In this document: piece after piece, positions 1 through 11,849 of the stretch | How the letters are laid out: every line of letters starts with the position of its first letter | Numbering within the stretch: the stretch's first letter is position 1 | Assembly: GCA_036172245.1 (NCBI GenBank) | Contig: JAYWIR010000051.1 | Coordinates: 868,001-932,000, forward strand | Origin: Raillietiella orientalis | Taxonomy: Eukaryota | Reading direction: 5' to 3' | DNA: 64,000 nucleotides | Program-made: the position numbers and the translations under genes | The notes under the pieces: generated by a model | The model's input: only the letters and a program-made list of their open reading frames with translations | Database searches by the model: none | Told to the model about the DNA's origin: nothing

Positions 1-1110
1 GCCCGCCTGGTCGCAGGAAAACCGTCCGGGCGAAGCGCGACGAGCGATGCTCAGAGCAGGCGCAGAGTTTGCTGCACCGTTTTTACAGAAGCTGCTTGCT
101 CCGGGAGGTCCTGGAACACCCCACGAAGAGTACGTGGGCAGGAAGAACCTCCCTCGCACCAGCGCTGCGCTCCTTGAGGGAGGAGCACACGGGGGCAGCA
201 GCCCTCCGGATAGACGGGGAGTCGGTGTGGAAATGGACGCCGCCAGGAGAAGAGGACTGGGTGAGTGGATACGGCGGGCCAGCTCACGGACACTGCGACC
301 CCAATAGCCCCACCTCGAGGACTTCTGCGCTGGGGCGAGCCACTGGGAATTCCGGAGGAAGATCTGTAGTGGCTCGCAGTGTTTTTGGATAGACGCACCC
401 TCCTACTCAAGTGGCAGGAGTCGCCGGTGATTCTGCTGTACTGGGGCCTTCCTTGAAACTCCCGCCGGCATAACTGGACACAGGGGTATATGTACCCCAA
501 CTGTGGCAGGTGCGGGGAGAGCCAATCCCTCCCGCACCTGCTAGCGGACTGTGTTGCCCTCCGGCCCCTTTGGGAACGCTTTGCCGCGACCCTTGGAACC
601 CCCGGCAGCAACTCCAGGGACGCTTTACTACCCTTCCTCGTTCGCGACTCACTTCGACCAGCAGCCTCGTTGGCAGCCCTCTGCTGCCTACTCGGGATCG
701 TCTCTGCCTGGAGCGACGCAAGAGGAGAACCCAGCGACAGGAGCGCCCCATCCACTTCTCCATCCGCTTCATGAGGATGGCAACGAGATGGCCCTACTTG
801 AACAGCCATATCCAGCACGAGCTTGTCGGCATGCTCCAAAGGATGCAGAGGACCGCTCCCAGCAGATTGTGATCCCTTCCTACACCCCTTCTCCCCCCAT
901 CCCAACTTCAATCCTCTATTTTTATTTATTTTTTAATGTTTTTTGCTTGCCCCCTTCCCTTCGCTGCCGTGGCGGACCTCGCCGGTCTGCCAACCGGTGA
1001 CCCGGCAGCTTCCCGTTAAAGCGGACGTGGTTGGACCAGCGGTCCAACTGCAATCTTTGTAGATGTCCATTTTTACATTAAATAAATGCCTCAGAGCACC
1101 CGGGCGATAA
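1..1110 (+). mobile_element. L1/Tx1-clade LINE, degenerate 3' end (zf-RVT, ORF2 C-terminus, 3' UTR)
   Basis: zf-RVT motif YPNCGRCGESQSLPHLLADCVALRPLW (490-774). C-terminal TRWPYLNSHIQHELV resembles the copies at ~5.0 and ~54.2 kb. T-rich UTR and AATAAA at 1081-1086. Confidence 0.75.
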
Positions 1111-1665
1111 GTCAAACATGCGTCGTCCGCACACACATGCTTCCCGCGTGCACGTGCACGCACTGGAATTCCACGCACGGACTGGAGCGCGCGGGAAACG
1201 CGAGCACAGGGCACGCACACGTGCGGAACACATTTACTGGACATGCGCTTACAGGCGTTTGCGCGCGCAGGGCTTTTCCGGCCAACAATTGCGCATTGTT
1301 TCGGCTGTTCTCATCAACCAACAGCCGAGAACAATCCTCATCCATCATCACGCGTGCCAACCTTCCTGGAATGCAGGAGCGTTTTACTTTCGAGATGGAC
1401 GTACCGCCTGCCGGAATTTCGGGTCCGTTCTGCTGCTCTCCGTCTGCTGACGGCGAGTAATGACGGCGACTTCGGTGTTCGTGTAAATGCAAGGGGATTT
1501 TTATAATCGTGCCTTAATGATACTTGTTTGGCATCTCCATTCGCGGAACCATCTGCGAAAATTGTTGCCCATTACCTTCATTTGCACGGTGTGCATGGCG
1601 GCAGGGGCAGCACAGCAAGAGTCGGCGGGAGCTCGTTTTCCACGTGAGAAAGTACGGATCTGCGT

Positions 1666-1745
1666 ACACACACACACACACACACAAAAGCGCACAGTTC
1701 CTCACCTTCATTCACGCACACGCACACTACTACTACTACTACTAC
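1666..1745. repeat. (AC)n and (ACT)n microsatellites
   Basis: AC repeat at 1666-1686 and ACT repeat at 1726-1745, read directly. Confidence 0.95.
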
Positions 1746-2979
1746 ACGCGCGCGAGGGCTACTACACGGCAGCAGCACCTGACTGATTTCCGCAAGGCGG
1801 CTGCTTTCTCATTCATAAGCGGAACGAATTTTTTTTTTCCCCTCCTACTCATCCTTTTTTTTTTTTTTTCCTTTTTTCTAGCCGGCCATCAGGAACTTAA
1901 CACGGATGGTACAAATTCGGCCAGCGCCATGAAGAAATTAATTGCCGATGCAAGAATAAAACTACTTCTTTAATGGCCTGATATAAAAGAATAAACATCA
2001 TTTGAGGGGAACAAATTGGGAAGCCATACTGCCGCCGTCTTCGCAGGATGCTGGGAGGGAGGGAGGGAGCTGCGTTGGGACCTCATGAATATTCATAAAA
2101 CGGGAATGCGTGTCCCCTGTTTGTATTGAAATTGCGGACGCCGACCATCCTCCGCGGGGGTGAAACGGCCGTTTCTCACTCATCGGACCCCTTGGGGACG
2201 TGGCGATTCGTGGAATCGTGAATTCTCCTCCTCCCCTTGCTCCTCCCCTCTTTCTTCGAGCAGAGCCTCTCTCTCTGAACGGACCGGAGAGGAGGCAGCG
2301 CGGGCATTCTTGGAGCACGACCCTCGCGGACCCGGGAGAGACGTCGTCGGTCCCACTCGAAGAGGAGGAGAGGACGGCAGCATCCGCTTGAGGAACCGGA
2401 CTGCTCCTCTCCCGGAGTCCCCCTGGACTCCAGGAGATGGACGGACAGCAACACGAGGACTCGGTCCTCCCTCTTCCCTCTTCCTTTCGCATCTGTGAAG
2501 ACGCATCGGAGGACGAGGATGAGCCAGGGATGCTGTACCCGCGCCGCCGTCGCGGCCCGCCACATTCTTGCAGACGCAGGCGCAGTTGAGGGAAGCCACT
2601 TGCTTGGGCGTGGCAGCAGCCTACACGAGGACGGTGACTAGGTGACCTCTCCTGGAAGAGGATGTCAGAGCGAAGATTAACAGCATCCGGCGCCGGTTCC
2701 AGGAGGAAGGAGCGGCGGGAACTGAGCCGAAACCCCGTCCTCACCCTTCCCCTTTATTTGCTTCGTCCTTGTCCCCTCCCTCCCGTTTCGGACTTTTCCC
2801 AGTGTTCGGGAAAGAACAGGAAGAGCCGAAGACCCCCGTCCTCCGTCGTTTTGATCGTATTTTTGTCGATCGTCCCTGTCCAGAACGTTCCGGACTCTCG
2901 GAGTGACCGACCCGCGCGTCGGCGGGCCCTACCCTTGAACTTCCTTTTGTTTCCCCTCGGGAACCCGCGTTCCCGCCAT

Positions 2980-3920
2980 GTTTGCACTCTTGTTTGAAGA
3001 AGCACCCCGGCGTGACCGCACAGTGAACTTCCTTCCGCGTTGCTCTGCCGCCGCAGCGTCTCCCAGGGGGTGGCCCAGGAAGCGCAAGCTGCTCTCTACA
3101 ATGACTTGCATGCAGAGGAGGCTGGGTCCGGGAGCTCGCACTGCGAGGCCCTCGGAGCCCTCTGGCAAGGGCGGCTGCTGGTGCACCTCCCGCACTAGGG
3201 AGGACCGGGATGCGGCCGCACACCTTCACGGACTCCCCTTGGAACGTGGACAGGCTGCCGGGCAACCTGAGGTGCGCGCGTCGCTGCTGGTGGTGCGCTG
3301 CTGTGTGCTAAGGGCGTGCCACGGCGCGCGGAGGGACGGTGGCCGAGTTTGCGAGTTTTCTCCTTTTGGTTGGCACCACCGCCAACTAATATTGGTGGTA
3401 GGAGTCAAGGAGAAGCAGCGGAAAGATGGATGGTAGAGGCGATAAGGAGGAAGGGAGGAAGAAAGGGAGGAGGAGGAGTAAGAGACGAGGAGAAGAAAGA
3501 CGAAGAAGGGATAAGGAAGAGGAAGAGGAGGAAGGAGTGGAGGTGGAAAAGGAAGAGGAAGGGAGGAAGAGGAGAGGAGGACGAAGAGGGAAGAAAGAGG
3601 GGAGGAAGAGGGAAGGAGGAGAAGGAAGGAGAGGAGGACGAGGAATGGGAGGAGATTACAAGTGTGTTCACGAGCTCATCTTCCTGAATGTTTTCTCTCC
3701 TCCTTTGGACGCTGCAGGGCAAGGAAACGCAGGTTCCCGACTCTTCGCTGCTGCTCCCAAAGTTTCGTGCTAGGGGTCTCTCTCCTTTTCGGGATCGGAT
3801 CGTGCTCACATTGACCTTCGATCCAAGATCCCAAGGTCTGCCTGCTCCCGACCTTGATCCAGACTGCTTACGCTGCCAAGCAACAATGCAAGATCTTGTG
3901 GATTATCTCTTGCCGAGTAA
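2980..3920 (+). mobile_element. L1/Tx1-type ORF1 (gag-like) remnant, interrupted by a purine tract
   Basis: TREDRDAA..GL...V.V...FSPFG, then DRIVLTL...CLRCQ after the tract. This resembles the Tx1 ORF1 RRM region plus a decayed Zn knuckle. Confidence 0.4.
3428..3655. repeat. ~225-bp GA-rich polypurine low-complexity tract (GAG/GAA/AGG)
   Basis: Almost exclusively G/A on the + strand. Confidence 0.9.
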
Positions 3921-4718
3921 CCTCCATTCAGCATCCCAGCGACCCATCGTTAACCTGTCTCCTTTCGCTGTGGAGCAATCCCGGTCTACGTGCAGGACTT
4001 TGCCCCTCGTGAAGCTTTTACCTCCAGGAAGAGGAATTCCTGCTGCATCATGCTGTTACCTCCTTAGCCAGATGGGATCCGAGCTGATCCATCGACGGCG
4101 TAATACCCCGGCGACGGTTTCACTGAAGGCGGGATCAAAGAATCGATTAGGAGAAGAGCAGCGGTTTCCTGCAGGCTGCAGGGATTGCACTCGGGAGTTC
4201 GCTTCCCGTAGGGAAGGTGGCAGCAAACAAACATAAAGGACGAAAATAAAGAAAGGATGGGGAACCAGGTATCTCCGGCCACCGGCATCGCCGCGTCTTC
4301 TGTGAGGATCTGCGAGGCATGCAGACGGCCTCCTCCTCCTCTTCCTCTCTATTTTCCAAATGGGATCTTTCGCCTCCCTCCCTGAAACGGAAAGGAGGAC
4401 GGGAAGAGGAGAAGGTGATTGGACCGCCTGATGCTGCCGGCAGGAACCTCCAGAGATGACATCTGCGCTCTCCGCTGCTGGCGGGCATTTTTCGGGATGC
4501 CCATCGACAGAGAAGGGTCGAGGACGGGTGGCCGTGAGTGCCTCCGTAGCTGCTAGGGCAACTCCTCCGTGTGGAGCGTCGCCCACAGCATTCGTCAGAA
4601 GCGATACGCAGTCGAGCGACCAGGGGAAGCAACGCCGCAGCGGCTGCTACCCTGGAGTGTGCGAGCAGGGTCGTCCCACTTACCCCACCCTCTTCGCGAA
4701 AAGGAGCGCTGCGTCCGG

Positions 4719-7700
4719 TTTTTACCCGATGATGCCGGGAAATTTAAAAAACAAACAAATTTCAAGAAAGAGAGGAAAAGAATAACCCCTCAAAAACAAG
4801 AAATGCCCCCCCCCCCCAAAAGTTCATTGGGGGTGACTACTGGCACGCAGGATAGCTTCCAAAAAGTAGGAAGCAATCGAAGGGGACAATAAATAAATAA
4901 AAAAGGCAGGATGGTGGGGACAGGGGTCCTTAGTTAAAGACATTCCTTTCTTTCTAGAAGCAATCTAGACTGTGGCGATCTCCCTGGCAACTTCTGGCAC
5001 ATGAAGCCATCTTGCTGCTGCCCTCATGAGGGTTGCTGCCATGCTAATGATTGCACTAGAATCCCCAGTGCAGAAACAGCAGGGCATCCTGTTTCCGTTA
5101 TTGTTTTCTGTGGTTTTCTGTTCCCCATCGCCAACAGAGAGGACCTCACCGGCCTGCGGGCCGGTAACGGCAAGTGTACCAACACAAGCAGAACCACGTG
5201 TTCTGCCTGAACATACTTCACAGTCTTTATTATAAAATTTTATTGTAAAAATTTTAATAATAAATGCCCCGGGATATCCGGATGATAAACATCCTGTTTC
5301 CACCGGATCGGGAACACGGAGGTATCCACACACAACGGAGGAACCATGAGTTCTTCGGGGTGTACACTAAGGAGTTTAGTCCACCTAAGCAGTCTCTCTG
5401 CCTGGAAACGAAGAGTGGCAGTGTTCACCAACTCGCCCGTCTTGCAGCAGACCAGGAGTTTGTCGACTCCTGCAATGTTTCAGGAGAACTCCCACCCCGC
5501 CGGTTGGCTGTTGTCATTGTTTGCCTTAAGGGAAACAGCGCTACAGCAAGGGGGGAGATGGCTAACCGGGACCGTTGCGTCCAATGCTGCAGGAGGTCTC
5601 TCAGCGGTCTGCGTAGGAGATTCTGCAGATATTCTCACTCCCTATCGGTGCATTTCTAAAGAGGTGACCTTAGAGCCTCTTGCCGCCAGGTGTTTCAGTT
5701 TATGGGGAGGCAGGAGATCCACAGGCGGGCTACCAGTAGTGCCTCAGGGGGTAGCCAAATCCGGTCCTGTAATGTAAGTTGAGAGGCAGAAGCGACAGAA
5801 GTCCAGCGCATCGTCGGCGGATGTGACGTGCCAGAGAGCACCAATAAGACCATGCAGGGAGAGAAATGGAAACTGCATCTAAAGTCCGATAATCTCGCCA
5901 GCGTCCTGGTGCAGTGATCCCAAGTCTTTCAGGAAGATCCGGGACCTTGCAGCGTCCCAAAAGGCTTTTCGTAGAAGGCGCTGCTCCTGGATCCTCACCT
6001 AATGAGGAGGGCGAGCAAAAAATAAGGGGCGGAGGAGAGAGGCAACGAAAGTGTTCCAAATGGAGTTCCGCTCCGGCAAGACGAACAAACTTGCCATCGA
6101 GGAAACAGATCTAGAGCCATCTCGGCCTTCTGAAGGCAGGCTGACAATGATTCTGCTGAGCAGGAATCGCTCAACGGAACGCCAAGGTACTTGAAAAACT
6201 TGTGGGGATCCCCAGACTGATGCAGTCGGCCTGCCCCTTCCACCACTCACCCACCGGTACGGCCAAGAGCTTCGTTCTTTTGGCGTACATGTCCGCTCCC
6301 TGACGGATCAGCTCGAACTCTTCGAGCCTAGGTGCTGGGGTAGAGAAGGGCAGCAGGAGAAGCAGGTGTCTGCGTAGGCTGGTACTGCAGGCGTTCAAGG
6401 ACAGAAACTCGGCAGGTTGGCCAGCGTCATACTCTACGCTCTCAGAGCCAACTCGAAGTAGATGCTGAAAAGTAGAGGGCTGAAGCTGTTGCCCTGCCGG
6501 ATGCCTCTGCGTGCGGCAACTCCCTACACGTGACAGCCGTCGAAATGGAAATGGAGTAACGCATTCGGCCCACAGGAGCGTAAGTAAACTAGATGTGTCG
6601 GGAGTTCGAAGAGCTCCAGGAGCTTCCAAAGAAGTTACTGGTTGACGCAGTCGAACTCCTCATGCAGATCGATTGCCATCACCAACGCTCCCAGCCTTGC
6701 CCCCGGATGTGGGCAGTAGCTCTCGCTGCTGAGCGACCATCCGACGCAACGTGCTCCTGAAGCAGGAACCAGATGCGCGCGAAAATGTTTGCTTCCACGC
6801 ATCGCCCGGAAGAAGCACATGTCTGCTTCTGGCTAACCATGAACTCTGTGATCTGTCCTGGACGCGCAATCCACATCTTCGAGAACAGCTGGACGTCCAT
6901 GTTCACCAAGGTTATCACACGACAGCTGTTGAGAAGGCACAGGTCTCCGCCTTTAGGCAGGAGACACATCTTTGCTGAGCGGAAGGAGGTAGGGACATCG
7001 CCTCATCAGTGATACCATGCTGGACGCCTCATCAGCGACGAGAGGCTCAGCACCAAGGGAGCTCCACCTCAAAGCTCTGAAAGAACTCAGTGGGCATATC
7101 CTCGTTTGTTGCCTTTCGTCCTTTGAGCCCTATAGACGGCGTAAAAAACTTCCTCCAAATCATAATTCATTAGGATCTTTGATAGAGTGTGATTATCACG
7201 AAACTCCTCCATCGTGATGGGCTCGTCGAGATGTACGCGTTCTTCCTCGTCGATCACGTAAACACCCTCCGACAGGAGTAGCTCCGAAAACGCTCTCTCC
7301 GTTGGGGACGCATCGAGGCTGCATCCAGTGCAGTGATGAGAAGATGCATCTTCCCGCCCTCGCCATTCGGGGGTGTTGCCCTCCGATATGTGCGGGAGCA
7401 TCTTGCCAGGACTCTGCGATTGGTCTGCCGAAGGACAGTCTGGGAACGTCTCAATTTCTTCCAAGGGAGTTTTCAAGAAGATCGGCTCGGGGAGCAGATC
7501 CTTTGGGGCGGGCTGCGGGGGTAGAAAAAAGCGTCAGCCATTCAACGCGCCGTCCAATGTCTTCCTGCGGCTTCACAGGAGAGCACCCATCTTTCAAGCT
7601 GACCACTGTCCTTCCATGGGGAGGGTACTTCTGCAGTGGGCAGGTGTAGCTCGAGTCCACGCGTTCTTCCTGGGGTTTCCCACGATCCCCTACTATGAAC

Positions 7701-10700
7701 AGAGAGCGTGACCGTAGGCTTGTGATGGTTCCAGTCTCGTGCCGTTCCCTTTCACCTAAGTTTCTTTTTGTGTGGAAAAATTCCTGTTTCGAGGGCACCG
7801 CGGTCCCTGAGCGAGGAGACCCGGTCTCGGTCGTGCTCCAAGGTAACCATTCGCCAAAGCCGCCGTCTGCATCGGGACGATTTTCGGAGGCCGCGCAAGA
7901 GGGACGATGCCGACTCCTAGGAGCCGGCTGCTAGCTTAGCGAGGAAGCGTGCAGGAGAGCACCAGAGCACCCGCCGATAGGGCCGCTGCCGTTAGGGCCC
8001 GTCTTTGGAATCACAGCTGGCGCTACACCCGCCCCAGCGTCAAGACTTGAAGTCCACTGACCCCGAATGGAGCACACACAAGTCTTTTTAGCGGACTCTG
8101 CACTCCTCTTTGCTTCAAAGGGCCTTCCTCATGCTTTTCTTCTTTTCCCAGGTTCTTAGGCGACTGCGCTTGCCTGGATTCCCGATCACAGCGCGGCTGG
8201 CCACCTTCCTGGCGTTCCCGTCAGAGAGACGACCAATCCTCTTCCTATTCAGGGAGCGGAGCAGCCTTTACTCCGACTCCCGACCCCCTGTCCGCGCGAG
8301 GTCGCGTCTGCACCTCGTTCCTCCTGGTGCACGGCGACCGACCGCCATCTCGTGCGATCTCCTTCCAGGAGCAGTTGATTGAGGAAGAGGTACATCTTCT
8401 CGGAAGAGGAAGCTGAGCCATGAAGATGCGGATCCTGTTCGCAGCTGCCTGAAGGTCAAAGGAGAAGACAAAGGGCAAGAAAGAGGGGAGTAAGCGCAGT
8501 GGGACTGACTGCCGGCAGTAGGAGAACCCAATTCCGGAGGGAGCAAGAGTAGGCGCAGCCTCTCCGCCAACAGAATTGACCTGCCCTCCAGCAGGCCCGG
8601 AATTCTTTTCCACTCGCCATTTGGTCGGTCTGCCCCCTCCAGGTGGCCAGCGGTGCAGCCGCCGCCAAAGGCGGAGAGCAGCCGTGGAGCGAACCGCCCA
8701 GAAAAAGGGGGGCCTCGCTTCTGGGAAAGAAAGGTGACTGAACACCTCCTTCCCACCGGGAGCAGCGGGCGGCGTGCCTGAGAGTGCGCCCGGAGGGGCA
8801 GGAAGACTGACGAGGCGGCGGAATCCTGTCCCCCTTTTCCCGAGAAGTGCCGTCGCGCTTCCCTGGTGCGGCAGGAGTGACTCGCTGGGCTCCCGAGAGG
8901 GAGTTGACCGGAAGGAGGAATGTGGCGCCCCCTCATGAAATGTCGAAGGGGGAAACTTAGGGGAAGTCAGCCGAGCAGTGGCCCTCGGTCGGAAGGGCGA
9001 GGCGATGACCTCGAAAGATGATGGCTGTGCTCCTCGCTCGGGAGAAGGGTCACCACACTGGTCCGGGAGCAAGGTTGCACTCGCCTCCTCGAAGGCAGTG
9101 GCTTGGCTCTTCAGGTGGAGGACGCAGGCGATGTCTTCGCGGAAGCGTTCTGCCCTGACTCCTTCTTCCCTTCTCATAAGTTCCCTAGTGCTCCTCCTCC
9201 TCCCCACGGTTCACATGCGATCCCCCGCGGGAGAGTCCTGGGTGACCCCTGATACCAAGCTAGCACCAGCGTGCAGCAGCAGCAGTGACCTGGGGCCGAG
9301 GGAAGCGCTGAGCGCGTCAAGGAGGAAACCAGGACTCTCGAGAGCCTTTCGGTAATCCCGGCAGGAAATGGAAGGAAGATCTGAACTCTACGAAAGAACA
9401 GAGAGAAGGGAGGGAAGGAAGGGGGGGAACGGAGGCGGGCACACCACAGAGAGCGGCGCCCTGTGTCACCGTAAGCAGGTGAGAGATCCGTCGTCGCGAG
9501 CGTCGTCACAAGATGGAACCATCCGTCCGGGACTGCGGGATGCAGCCACTTTATCTTCAGCGAGTGCGTCTCCATGGATAACTGTTCGACGAGCCCTCCG
9601 GAAAGCATCGGCCAAGGATGTTTGGCTCGAAGGGGGTTTGTGAGAGCGGGGATAGCCGAAGATTTCTCCCCAATTGCCGCTGAACCATCGTTCCCTGCGC
9701 TTCCGAGAGATGGCAGTTCATTCAGCGGTGGGATGGGGGCTGCCCAGTTCTCGTGGTGATCGTCCTTCGCATCTTCATCTTCCGGAGCCACCTTCGCGCA
9801 CCCAGCGTAGCCCCCGAATGACACAGGACCCACACAGCGGCTGCTACTCCCGGGAGAACGGAAGTGCGGGTGCCTGGTGCTACTCACCGTCGCCTAAGTG
9901 CCAGGCGGTTTCCCTTCTCGTTCTTTCCGCGGATATGGGCTAATGGGTGAGTGGAGATCGGAGAAGAGATGGAGAGCCCTCCAGCCTGAGGACACGAATT
10001 GCTGATCCTCCCTGATCCCATTTTTCGGAGGCCCAAACCTCTGCTGCCACTTCCCGTGCAGAGCTTGCTCCGCCGCTCACCAGTTCCCAGACGCTTCTTC
10101 GCTGCTGCTCTCCTGGGAGGCGTGCAGGCGCCAGTTGGCGACCAGGGCGTGTCCCAGAGAAAGCGCGCAGGCAAGGAGTCTCCCGTCCTGGCGAAGGAGT
10201 GAGCAGAGGACGTTGCCGAGGAAACGGAAGGAGTCCTCCGGGCTGGTTCCCTTCACCCTGCTACTGGAAGCGGCGTGCCACGACGAGCGCGCGTCCGGGA
10301 GGATGGCGTAGGCGAAGGCGGTGAGGGCAGGAAAAGTGAAGCATCCCGGCTCGGGTCAAGCCAATGATCTCTGCGTCCACGGATACGCCAGCGTGCGGGT
10401 GAGGTTCCCCGTCGACGAACTTGCCGGAGACGCCTCCGTTCGGAAATCCGGGGCGCTGACACGTGACTCCCCCGAAGTACCCAGCCGGCCTCGGGCTTGC
10501 ACGTCGGAAGAGGCGGAGGCGACCCCTTCCGCTCGTCCCCAGCTCCCAAACTCCTCTTCCCCGTCGCCCTTGCCCTTGCCAGCGCCAGTGGCAGTCTTCA
10601 TCTCCGGAGCCGTTTCCTCAGCGCTGCGTTTTGGCGTGACATCTGGTGGTGAACGAGAGAACTTTCGTGCCGAAGACTCCGCGTAGGCAGCTGCGAGTCG

Positions 10701-11200
10701 AGGGGAGAGGCCTGCCGCAAGCGCCTTCCCGGATCCCCTCCGAAATCACATACAAAGTGTATCCATCATCTCAAAGGCCGAAATGAACTCTTCCAGGAGA
10801 TGATGGATCGCACTTTGCTACGCCATGATCGCCTCGCGGCCATCTTGGATTCATGCCCGGCCACGAGAGTTCAATTTCGCAGGCAACTTCCAAAAGGTTG
10901 ACTCTCCCCCTGTCCGAACCGGGTGTTCCGGGAACAAACAAAACGTCGGAACGCTGCTCAGACGAAATAAAGGATGATGAAGTGGACCGGCGTGCGAAGC
11001 GGAGGCTCGCGAGCGCGCGCTGCTCGACTGGCACTCGGCGGCCGGAGCAGCCCGTTAGGGAAGCTGCCGACAGGGGGCAATACCTCTGGACGGGGGAAGG
11101 GATACTGGCGGCGCGGACGGGATGCCGCGTCGTCTGGAAGCGCGCACGCGCGCACTGCAGAGGAGCAGGAGGAGGAGAGAGGGGGAGGGGGGAAGAGAGA
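4719..11200 (-). mobile_element. Degenerate, possibly near full-length L1/Tx1 LINE (RT core ~5995-7260; ORF1 region tentative)
   Basis: Colinear minus-strand RT motifs: EEERVHLDEPITMEE, LLPKGGDLCLLNSCRVITLVNMDVQLFSK, QTCASSGR, LVMAIDLHEEFDCVN, RGIRQGNSFSPLLF, AYADT (6365-6379), FKYLGVPL, then GHLL..KDC and ARWLHVPEVAREIATV. The 3' UTR is homologous to 53.9-54.2 kb and ends in a 5-nt A remnant (T at 4719-4723). The portion above ~7.8 kb is low confidence. Confidence 0.75.
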
Positions 11201-11849
11201 GAGAAAAAAGGAAAAAGAACAAGAAAAACCTGCCATCTTCCTGCCTGCTCGCCAGCGAGCGGCGTGCACACGCCTCCACGCGATCGATGATGCGTGGGAG
11301 TGATCCTCGAGCTGCAGGCCCGGATAGCCCGTTCTTCGCACGAAGCTCTCCGCGTTTTCGCGTCCACACGCTCCGGAGCAGCAGCAGCGTCCGCGGCCAA
11401 CACGTTCAGCCAGGGGAAAACGTGGCGCGATCGAACCTCGCATCCCCTTCCTCCGCGGAGGCATCGGTCCCAGAGGAGAGTCGGCACCGAGGGGGAGGGA
11501 ACTTGTCGAAAGGTTAGGTGCGTTCACGAGCACGTTCTCGTGGAAACACAACACACAGGGAGGCCGGGGACAGCTCGCTGCCGGGAAGATTTGGGAAGGG
11601 GGGGGGGAGGAAGGAATGGGGGGAGCAGGAAAACGCGTTGGCATCCATCCGTTCCGATCGATGAGAATCGCTAAAAATATCGATCCGAAAACACCCGGCT
11701 GTTCGATTCAAACGCGGCTTATTGTTGCGCCGGCTTTCTACCAATAGGATTCCGACTACTCGCCACGAGAGAAGCTTCTGGCAATCTTGGCTCAGTAACG
11801 ATACCAGATTGCCATCAAGATTGCCAGACGTTTCCATTATTAATTTTGC

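Noticed and set aside
1340..1580. Harbinger/MADF-like fragments on - (also ~28.9-29.0 kb, AVVLRRVLNHC)
   Set aside because: Only single short resemblances, with no ordered motif series or TIRs.
4690..4725. Target-site specificity of the Tx1-like family
   Set aside because: The sequences beyond the three 3' termini (1.11, 4.72 and 53.92 kb) are not similar to each other or to snRNA, tRNA or microsatellite targets.
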